Source: Eledone cirrhosa
Lineage: Eukaryota
DNA length: 64,000 nucleotides
Direction of reading: 5' to 3'
Assembly: GCA_964016885.1 (NCBI GenBank)
Contig: OZ024757.1
Coordinates: 37,882,001-37,946,000, forward strand
Of this stretch, positions 52,713 to 64,000 are shown one piece after another; within the stretch, counting starts at the first letter, position 1, and each line of letters opens with the position of its first letter. The notes under the pieces are model-generated. The model saw only the letters and a program-made list of their open reading frames with translations. It was not told the DNA's origin and ran no database searches. The position numbers and the translations under genes are program-made.

Positions 52713-52933
52713 ATTTATATATTTATATATATATATATTTATATATATATATATTTATATATTTATATATATATATATTTATATATTTATATATATATAT
52801 TTATATATATATATTTATATATATATATATTTATATATATATATATTTATATATATATATATTTATATAAATATATATATATATTTGAGCGCTTTACTCG
52901 ACACACACACACACCACACACACACACACACAG

Positions 52934-52997
<64 letters not shown>

Positions 52998-53146
52998 GTA
53001 TTATCTCTGGATTAATTCATGTTGGTTTGTAGAGAAGTTCAAATATTTTTCTCTTGCACCACTTTCATATTTAATAAAACACGGAAACACATACATATAA
53101 TAAGCATATATATATACTTATATATATCTACATATCTAATTATCTG

Positions 53147-53191
<45 letters not shown>

Positions 53192-53506
53192 GTCACACAT
53201 TGAAATGTGTGAATAACGTGTCAAAAACGCCATGTCAATTTGATGCAACAGAAATTTATAAATGAACTTGCTTCGAAGACCGATTCTATTTTATTTCTAT
53301 TTTTTACTAAGCTCCAACTGTCAAAATTTGTGGAGAAAGTCATAAATATTTAGATTTATGTGTAAAATATAAAATAATAAATGTTTGTTTATGTCAAACA
53401 TTTCTCAGGCAAGATTGATCAATGAAGTTGTTCTGCCGTGTGAGTCTATATTAGTGTTGGCAGTTTTTGTCCAAATATCTCACATGTTCGCCCCCTTGTC
53501 TGTAAT

Positions 53507-53590
<84 letters not shown>

Positions 53591-53604
53591 GAGTTGTGCC
53601 TCTT

Positions 53605-53639
<35 letters not shown>

Positions 53640-53779
53640 ATGTCTGTGTATGTATACGTGTGTATGTATACGTGTGTGTATGTATACGTGTGTATATATA
53701 TATATATAATGCATAATCCTTTCTATAAATTTAATGAAAAGAGATTGACTCTTTCTGTCACTCAGTATGAGCCCCCCCC

Positions 53780-53839
<60 letters not shown>

Positions 53840-53956
53840 ATATATATATAAATATATATATGTATATTTAAATGTTAAACAAGGTTCAATGAATAAATCA
53901 AAGAATGAGTTTTACAATAGATTGGAAGCACTCAACAGTTTGGTTTTCGGAGTTAT

Positions 53957-54300
53957 TAATATTAATTCAAAATATTAACAAAATAGATTTTCTTGTGATC
54001 AATTATATTTTATTATACATATTTCAGAGTACTGAGTTAACTTCAACAGTACGTCCTCATCAGATAAAATAAGATGATGCTTGACATATCCTGACATAGT
54101 AGATGGTTAAGATTCAGTCATGGTAGTGAGTAATATATGACAAAACTCAATATGTATCTACCTTAATATTGAAAACATGAAAATAACATGCATCATCTTA
54201 TTTTATCTGATGGGGACGTACTGTAGTACCTCTGAAATATGTATAATAAAATATACTTGATCACAAGAATATATATTTTGTTAATATTTTGAATTAATAT
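53957..54300. mobile_element. Family H HHR cassette, inverted duplication
   Basis: Arms about 53957-54080 and 54190-54300. Confidence 0.85.
54008..54069 (-). ncRNA. Minimal hammerhead ribozyme, family H
   Basis: Minus strand: ttttat-CTGATGA-gga c gtactg...cagtac tct-GAA-at atgt at-A-ataaaa. The plus-strand mirror at 54201-54251 has an A9G change. Confidence 0.85.
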
Positions 54301-54360
54301 ATATATATATATATAGTTACGAAACATAAGTCAATTGCATGAACTCATAATCCTTTATTT

Positions 54361-54416
54361 ACTGCTATATATATTTCGATGATAGCCATTGAATGGCTAT
54401 GACCTCATCAGGCAGT
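54361..54416 (-). ncRNA. Minimal hammerhead ribozyme, family I
   Basis: Minus strand: actgc-CTGATGA-ggtc atagccat tca atggctat catc-GAA-at atat at-A-gcagt. Confidence 0.9.
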
Positions 54417-54503
54417 TAGTCAGTTCTAAGATATGCCAGCTCTGTGTTTATAGTGTTGATGGTATCAGAGCCTTGAGACATAAATATATATATATTTATA
54501 CAT

Positions 54504-54539
<36 letters not shown>

Positions 54540-55113
54540 AAACATCCCCTTCAACCCCACTCTCATTACATCTTCAAAGAAGCAATCAATTTTAATTCTT
54601 TTGATATTTTACTAACAATGATAAACAATATATTTGAGTTGGAATTCTACCGATTTGTCACACTTTCAATATCAAAGCACATCACACACACACATATATA
54701 TAAATACTTACACACACATACCCAAACACACACTCACACACGTACAAAACCCATCAAGATAGATCGATTCTCTATTCATATCAATGATAATCTTAGTTAT
54801 CTGCATTATGGCTGCTATATTTTACAGAATCTAGTTGATAATTAGCGGTTTCTTAGTAGACCTAATTTTATGTTAGAAGCATTGAAACACTCTATGCGCT
54901 TTCACACGCACACGCACAGACACGCACACTCACAATCACACACGTATATATATGTGTTTATATATTAATATATATATATATATTAATATATAATATATAT
55001 TATATATATATATAAATATATATATATACGTAGGTCCCGGTTGAGTCGGGGATAACCACAGTAAGTAAGGTACTCAATACATGGCAGAGTAAAATTTTTT
55101 ATTTTATAGAAGG

Positions 55114-55164
55114 AGCTTCTACAGGACTAGTACTGTTTCATTCAGATGAAATCTTCAGGAAGCT
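55114..55164 (-). ncRNA. Hammerhead ribozyme, family G
   Basis: Minus strand: agcttc-CTGAAGA-t ttca tc tgaa t-GAA-acag tactagtc ctgt-A-gaagct. Confidence 0.8.
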
Positions 55165-55202
55165 GGGTGTCATATTAAGTTCTGGTATTTAATATGACAC
55201 CT

Positions 55203-55253
55203 AGCTTCCTGAAGATTTCATCTGAATGAAACAGTACTAGTCTTGTAGAAGCT
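55203..55253 (+). ncRNA. Hammerhead ribozyme, family G, mirror copy
   Basis: Same fold with one G.U pair in stem III. Confidence 0.8.
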
Positions 55254-55277
55254 CCTTCTATAAAATAAAAAAAAAAA

Positions 55278-55288
55278 ATATATATATA

Positions 55289-55331
<43 letters not shown>

Positions 55332-55369
55332 ATATATATTATATATATATATATTATATATATATATAT

Positions 55370-55401
<32 letters not shown>

Positions 55402-55445
55402 ATATTATATATATATATATATATATATTATATTATATATATATA

Positions 55446-55487
<42 letters not shown>

Positions 55488-55533
55488 TATATATATATAT
55501 ATGTTAATATATATATATTATATATATATATAT

Positions 55534-55576
<43 letters not shown>

Positions 55577-56459
55577 TATATATATATATATGTTAATATA
55601 TATATATATAATATATATATATATATATAAATTATATATATATATATGTTAATATATATATATATAATATATATATATATATATAAATTATATATATATA
55701 TATGTTAATATATATATATATAATATATATATATATATAAATTATATATATATATATGTGTTAATATATATATATATAATATATATATATATATAAATTA
55801 TATATATATATATATGTTAATATATATATATATAATATATATATTATATATAAATTATATATATATATGTTAATATATATATATATATAAAATTATATAT
55901 ATATATATATATGTTAATATATATATATATAATATATATATATATGTAAATTATATATATATATATAAGTTAATATATATATATATAATATATATATATA
56001 TATAAATTATATATATATATATATGTTAATATATATATATATAATATATATATATATGTAAATTATATATATATATATATGTTAATATATATATATATAA
56101 TATATATATATATATGTAAATTATATATATATATATATGTTAATATATATATATATAATATATATATATATATAAATTATATATATATATATATGTTAAT
56201 ATATATATATAATATATATATATATATATGTTAATATATATATATATGTTAATATATATATATATATATATGTTAATGATATATATATATATATATGTTA
56301 ATATAATATATATATATGTTAATATATATATATATATAATATATATATATATATGTTAATATATATATTATATATATATAATATATATATAAATTATATA
56401 TATATATAAATTATATATATATATATTAAATATATATATATATATAATTTATATATATA

Positions 56460-56518
<59 letters not shown>

Positions 56519-56565
56519 AAATTATATATATTATATTAATATATATATATATATATATATATGTT

Positions 56566-56600
<35 letters not shown>

Positions 56601-56917
56601 ATATATATATAAATTATATATATATATATATATAAATTATATATATATATATATATATAAATTATATATATATATATATATAAATTATATATATATATAT
56701 ATGTATATATATACATTATATATATATATATATATATATACATTATATAATATATATATACATTATATATATATATATACATTATATATATATATTATAT
56801 ATATATACATTATATATATATATATATATATATATACATTATATATATATATATATATATACATTATATATATATATATACATTATATATATATACATTA
56901 TATATATATATATACAT

Positions 56918-56948
<31 letters not shown>

Positions 56949-57242
56949 TATATATATAAATTATATATATATATATATGTTAATATATATATATCTATAA
57001 ATTATATATATATATATAGTTAATATATATATATATAATATATATATATATGTAAATTATATATATATATATATGTTAATATATATATATATAATATATA
57101 TATATAAATTATATATATATATATATGTTAATATATATATATATAATATATATATATATGTAAATTATATATATATATATATGTTAATATATATATATAT
57201 AATATATATATATATATGTAAATTATATATATATATATATGT

Positions 57243-57274
<32 letters not shown>

Positions 57275-57455
57275 ATTATATATATATATATGTTAATATA
57301 TAGTATATATAATATATATATATATATAATTATATATATATATATGTTAATATATATATATATGTTAATATATATATATATATATATAATATATATATAA
57401 ATTATATATATATATAAATTATATATATATATATTAATATATATATATATATATA

Positions 57456-57509
<54 letters not shown>

Positions 57510-57809
57510 TATATATATATATATATAAATTATATATATATATATTAATATAATATATATATATATATATAAATTATATATATATATATATATATAAATT
57601 ATATATATATATATATATATAAATTATATATATATATATATGTATATATATACATTATATATATATATATATATATATACATTATATATATATATATACA
57701 TTATAATATATATATATACATTATATATATATATATATATATATATACATTATATATATATATATATATATACATTATATATATATATATACATTATATA
57801 TATATACAT

Positions 57810-57849
<40 letters not shown>

Positions 57850-59210
57850 CATTATATATATATATATACATTATATATATATATATATACATTATATATA
57901 TATATATACATTATATATATATATATACATTATATATATATATATACATTATATATATATATATACATTATATATATATATATATACATTATATATATAT
58001 ATATATACATTATATATATATATATACATTATATATATATATATACATTATATATATATATATATACATTATATATATATATATACATTATATATATATA
58101 TATATACATTATATATATATATATATACATTATATATATATATATACATTATATATATATATATATACATTACATATATATATACATTATATATATATAT
58201 ATACATTATATATATATATACATTATATATATATATATACATTATATATATATATATATATACATTATATATATATATACATTATATATATATATATACA
58301 TTATATATATATATATATACATTATATATATATATATACATTATATATATATATATATACATTATATATATATATATACATTATATATATATATATATAT
58401 ACATTATATATATATATATATATACATTATATATATAAATATATACATTATATATATATATATATATACATTATATATATAAATATATACATTATATATA
58501 TATATATATATACATTATATATATATATATATACATTATATATATATATATATACATTATATATATATATATACATTATATATATATATAAATGTATATA
58601 TATATATATATATATATAAATATATTAATATATATATATATATATAAATATATAAATTATATATAAATTATATATATTAATATATATATATATAAATATA
58701 TAAATTATATATAAATTATATATATTAATATATATATATATAAATATATAAATTATATATAAATTATATATATTAATATATATATATATAAATATATAAA
58801 TTATATATAAATTATATATATAATATATATATATATATATAAATATATAAATTATATATAAATTATATATATTAATATATATATATAAATATATAAATTA
58901 TATATAAATTATATATATTAATATATATATATATAAATATATAAATTATATATAAATTATATATATTAATATATATATATAAATATATAAATTATATATA
59001 AATTATATATATTAATATATATATATATAAATATATAAATTATATATAAATTATATATATTAATATATATATATAAATATATAAATTATATATAAATTAT
59101 ATATATATAATATATATATATATATAAATTATATATAAATTATATATATATAATATATATATATATAAATGTATAAATTATATATATATATAATATATAT
59201 ATATATATAT
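55278..59210. repeat. TA-derived array of about 4 kb with sub-domains (GTTAA/AAATT, CATT, and a unit of about 35 bp)
   Basis: Read directly from the sequence. Confidence 0.95.
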
Positions 59211-59411
59211 AGTTATATAACCATATAGTTTGCATATATAGCTATGTATACATGTATCTATGCCCATATATATATATATATAGTTATATAACCATGTAGT
59301 ATGCATATATAACTATGTATACATATATGACCATATATATATATATATAGTTATATATAGTTATATAACCATGTAGTATGCATACATAGCTATGTATACA
59401 TGTATGTATGC

Positions 59412-59416
<5 letters not shown>
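59210..59416 (+). repeat. Three tandem copies of a unit of about 55 bp separated by TA
   Basis: tagttatataaccatgtagtatgcatatatagctatgtatacat...ccata, three times. Confidence 0.85.
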
Positions 59417-59455
<39 letters not shown>

Positions 59456-59614
59456 CCAATTCTTTTCTTCGAGACATTACAAATCGAAAGTGATAGTATA
59501 ATTTTACTTGAATTCTACATGAATAATTTTCCAGTGAATGCACAATAGCCTGAGAATCAATAAGACATACAGTTTTATACAAGTAATAAACTAAACAGGT
59601 ACATACCCCCCCCC

Positions 59615-59662
<48 letters not shown>

Positions 59663-59983
59663 CGCTCGTATACACCTCGAGCTCACCCAACGTGAAACAA
59701 TGCTATGTATAAATTATTCCTCTATATTAAGAGAAGGAGATATAATAGATATAAAATACACATATATGTGTACCTAGTGTACGTTTTGAAAATATATCAG
59801 TAAATAGATCAACGTGAATCCATGTGAAAATATGTTAGTCAAACAGTCAATTTTCCTCTCCCTCACTCTCTCTCTCTCTCTCGCTCTCTCTACATATATA
59901 CTCATATGTATACTCATATGTACCGATTGTGTTGTTATTTCTGTTTCCCTTTTACATACATTATACATACAGTATACACTGAG

Positions 59984-60134
59984 GATGAAAAACTCAGAGC
60001 TGTATGGGAGCATCCCAAAAGTCAGCTCAAAAGTGACACAGAGGAGACTGAGGTTGGCTGGACATGCTCACCGACAGCCAGAGTTGACATTGCACTCAGT
60101 GCTCCTTTGGGAGCCCCTACATGGACACACTAGA
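59984..60134 (+). mobile_element. RTE-clade LINE ORF remnant (post-RT region)
   Basis: MKNSELYGSIPKVSSKVTQRRLRLAGHAHRQPELTLHSVLLWEPLHGHTR. Confidence 0.8.
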
Positions 60135-60321
60135 AAAAAAAAAAATATATATATATATATATGTGTGTGTGTGTTGGTGTATATATATACTCATAATTAC
60201 ATACACAACACTCAAATATACTCTTATACATTATTCGATATATATGTGGAAGTCGCGAACTTGAAATCCATTGACCGTTATGTCTGGTTTTATCTGATCA
60301 ATAAAGTTTAAATTAGGACTA

Positions 60322-60354
<33 letters not shown>

Positions 60355-61949
60355 CACGCTACAAATCGAAATGTTAAGTGTATATATTACAATTGTTTTT
60401 GGGTGTTATAGTCTTCCGGAGCCAGTATACGCCAACGTTGAATCAGAACAAGATAAGATAGATTCCATTCCTCTAAGCTACACATTGTTTATAGTATAAA
60501 CTGTCACCAACTATTACACGATGTTATAGCAATTTGATTTTAATTCTGCTTATTAAGGAATCAAATGTCGTATTGAATTCGTGTGTATTTCACAGCATTT
60601 TGACCAGAATGGAATTGAAAATATAAGCCACGCGCTAATTTTATTGAGCTGAACATTCAAAATCGATTGTATGTCCAAACATGTTTTTGTGGATAACAAC
60701 ATTAATTCAGATGTAATTATTTTTCAACATTTATTTATTTCTAGGTATGGCTTTCTCTCTATTATTTTTGTTTTCTCATGTCGACCATGATTAAAGGTCT
60801 ATGTTTGGGGCAACGCCAACCAATTTGGTGCTGTCTTATCTTGTTTGCAGCTTGGACAAGTTCATTGGTTGTTGTGATATTTTGGCAAGTTTCCAATCTA
60901 AATTATATCTTTAAATATACCCATTGCGAAACAGACACCACTTGTGCTTCCTGCTTGTGTTTAATAAACGTTTGGGCATTCCAAGGCATTTAATTATTAG
61001 GTTCTGTTCAGCCATGTCTCTATGTTAACCTCCCACGCCGTTCACTCGATCTAGATAAGGCATATATCAATATATTTCTGATAGATGATATCCAATTTAC
61101 GAAGAGAATGGAACTATTTTCTTAGTGTCAGCTAATATTTGTTTTATTATTAGACGGATAGAAGATGCTGAGAGGAGAATATGATGGAAGACCGGAAGGA
61201 AAAAAATATTCTGCAGTATATTTACATTCTTCCGATTACATTTTGAGTTTAAATATGGCACGTGTTGACTCTGCCTCTTATACTTGCACTGTTGAGGTAG
61301 AGTATACAATGGTCATGCGATCCAGTTGACTTTCTTCTGAGCCTATGAGAAACAATTATTTGAATGTCAGTGGGGTGCATTCACGCTGAAATCAAATTAA
61401 GTGTCACAGCCGTCATACTGAGAAACATTCTCCGATTTGCTGTAGGATTAAGCCAATGTGAGATTAACTACACATTTCCCTATTTTCTTCATCCACTGTT
61501 GATCTGCCACATATATAGGGATATTTCTGTTGTTGTTATTTACCATGAAAGAGCAGATCAATGACAAAAGCGTTCCAATCGTGACCATCCCATATGTTAT
61601 TTAAGGCCAAGAAAGCTACGTGTCTTCTTGCTCAAAACAAAGTTGTCTCTGACCGTGTCTAAGCGAGAGTATATTTGACAACATATAAAAATGAGAAACC
61701 TCATCACTAGTATAGCTGTTAAAACAGCTAAATGTTGTCAAAGACATCAATGCACAAAAACGCCTAACATGACAGAGATCAACGGCCAGTGGTCAACAGA
61801 GAGACAATCCACTAGATGAGTGGCAGACAGATTAAACATAGAAAATATTGAAAGAGGATGAAGACAAGGAGAAGTATATAGCTAGATAGAAGATTTGAGG
61901 AAGATTGACTCTTAGAGATATTTATTATAATTACTAACTCTGGGGTGAG

Positions 61950-62230
61950 ACTGCGCTTAGCTTAGTGGCAAGGGAGTTTATCTCACGATTGGAAACTCAT
62001 AATTTCGATTCTCTGACCAGGTGCAGGTTATATTCTTGAGCAAGACAATTTATTTAACGTTACTGCAGTCAACTCAGCTGGCAAAAATTAGTTGTAAAAG
62101 AGCCAGCCTTGGCACACACTGTATCACACTGCATCACCAGCGAACTACTGAGTTTTACATGTAATTCAATCGAATCTCTCTGAGCACTATGGTAATGTTA
62201 CACGCGTATGTGAAACGCTCAGCCACTTTC
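61950..62230 (+). mobile_element. Diverged tRNA-derived SINE, second family
   Basis: tagcttagtgg (A box)...ttcttgagcaagacaatttatttaacgtt...ctcagccact. Confidence 0.6.
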
Positions 62231-62705
62231 TTACACTGAAATCATCTTGAACACTCGTCGTTGGAAACGACGGAGGACCTCCATAAGACAAAATATTGCA
62301 TCTTTATTTTCATATTTCTTTTAATTACATCCTTTCGAAAGATAAATGGCTGCAAATTGCTGAATTTTTCTACTGAGATATGAATAAGTCCGTGAAATTA
62401 AGAAATGTCAACTGTCTTAGTAAACGAATTACGTTGAATTAACAAGGAAATCACCAGATATTTCCTATTAGAGAGAAAATGGTTTGTGAAATATGAAAGT
62501 CATGTTTTTCTGTAATTAATGATTTTCATTGAATTAACATTTTCTACAAAGTTCTATAGCATTTCCTTAGAATACAAACATATAAAATATATGTATTCAC
62601 TGTTGATTTTCCATTTCGTTTTGCCAGGATATGAAATATAGCTACAATTAAGCAATACTTATAATATAATTTTGCCTGTATATATAACAATTATATACGT
62701 CTGTT

Positions 62706-62762
62706 GCCGAGGTCAACTTTGTCTTACTTAATCCTTCTATGGGTCGATACTATAAAGTACCA
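62706..62762 (+). mobile_element. Nin-core SINE fragment
   Basis: gccgaggtcaactttg...atccttctatgggtcgatactataaagtacca. Confidence 0.6.
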
Positions 62763-63137
62763 TCATGTACGGGACTCTGTTTAAGCATCGTTCCCCTCCT
62801 GCGTACTTTAGGATGAACATATTTCCCAGACAACTATATGAATTTTAGGATAGTATACTGTAATATAAGCAAAATCTGAGTGATATTTCTAACTTGCCGC
62901 ATGTATTAATTAGTACAGCCAGCCTCTCCCCACATGTAAGGTCACGTGAATCTGCCTCAGTTTAACACTGCTATCACTGCCACACTGTGACGATTCACTT
63001 TGACTCTGGCAGTCTCTCGGATGACCCCCCCCCCCGTTGGTATTAGGACTGAACTCCACCTATGATTCGCCTCGTCTCTGTTGGTAATATAGTGTTTGTA
63101 ATTTTTTAGAAATGTCGTATGACGTCTGCGTGCAGTG

Positions 63138-63190
<53 letters not shown>

Positions 63191-63290
63191 CAATAATAAT
63201 AAATGTGAAGACTAAAATCCGAAGAGGGCTCGATAAGGATAATATATATATCAAAATATATAAAACAATAGAGCAAATATTAACGGGCTC

Positions 63291-63338
63291 TTCTGAAGAT
63301 CCCGTTAAGGGTGAAAGTAGCGATTCTTTGCTTAAACT
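63291..63338 (+). ncRNA. Hammerhead family A with intact core and stem I reduced to 2 bp
   Basis: tt-CTGAAGA-t-ccc gttaa ggg-t-GAA-agta gcgattctt tgct-T-aaact. Bases 63280-63292 are a short inverted copy of stem II. Confidence 0.7.
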
Positions 63339-63358
63339 TTAATCTGTTATTCTAATAT

Positions 63359-63428
<70 letters not shown>

Positions 63429-64000
63429 CTTTGTGTAATACTACTGCTTCTTAATTCTAGGCAGCCAGCGTTTGCCATCTAGAATGAAACCCACAATTTC
63501 TTCGAAGGGAGGCAAATTTGTGGGCCACCTTTAAACCTGTAGTTATATTTGTAAAAAACCTTCATGAAACTATGTCTAAGAAGTCTGAATATCTATCCAA
63601 CAGAATTTAACTAATCAAACATTTATATCAGAATTATGTTACTACTTCTCAGTGAATTGAGCTTAGTTTAAAATTAACACCAGATAGGTTAAGATATTGC
63701 GTGCCATTTTTCTTACACGTGGACATTATTAATCTTTAGGTATACTATCACGCAATCACCGCGGGGTATCTGTAGAAATCGATTAATAAATATTTAATGA
63801 GAAAACGCAATTAATCTTGATGTGAAGAAAATGACGTAGTGTACTTGTAACGTACAACTTCTGCTAATTACTGAAACTCTCAGCGCAGAAGAATATCCGA
63901 TTCCCACATTACAATCACTTATCGAATTTCCTCGTCTGTAAGTTGTTTACATTAATTCATGATACTTTTAATTAATATTATTGTCAAGATTTGTCTGTTA

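Larger units (their letters stand above)
55033..55270. mobile_element. Family G cassette: palindrome with a complete HHR on both strands
   Basis: Arms about 55095-55178 and 55189-55271. Confidence 0.9.

Noticed and set aside
59210-59416. Repeat-spacer look-alike (CRISPR)
   Set aside because: The spacers are plain TA, the context is eukaryotic, and there are no cas genes.
60780-61300. Possible R4-like LINE relic on the minus strand (LETCQNITTTNELVQAA)
   Set aside because: Only a short, frameshifted resemblance that cannot be supported without a search.

Overview
This is very AT-rich eukaryotic non-coding DNA. It is probably from a cephalopod (octopus), inferred from the SINE families present. 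Roughly half of the window is (TA)n-derived microsatellite, and there is a 200-N scaffold gap. I found no host protein-coding gene, and nearly all listed ORFs are Ile-Tyr microsatellite artefacts. The sequence between the TA arrays is a mosaic of retroelement remnants: one truncated Penelope-like element (GIY-YIG endonuclease plus 3' pLTR), RTE- and CRE-type LINE tails, a bipartite RTE-derived element in 3 copies, and tRNA-derived SINEs. The main hidden signal, found by folding by hand, is a dense set of type I hammerhead ribozymes (HHRs). There are at least nine sequence-distinct families (labelled A-I) with about a dozen near-intact cores, plus half copies and decayed copies. Most lie in short cassettes that abut (TA)n at their 3' end and are often folded back into palindromes. 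Several have non-canonical cores (U3-A8 covariation, U.U closure of stem II) and palindromic stem III loops. Catalytic activity and family assignments have not been tested.
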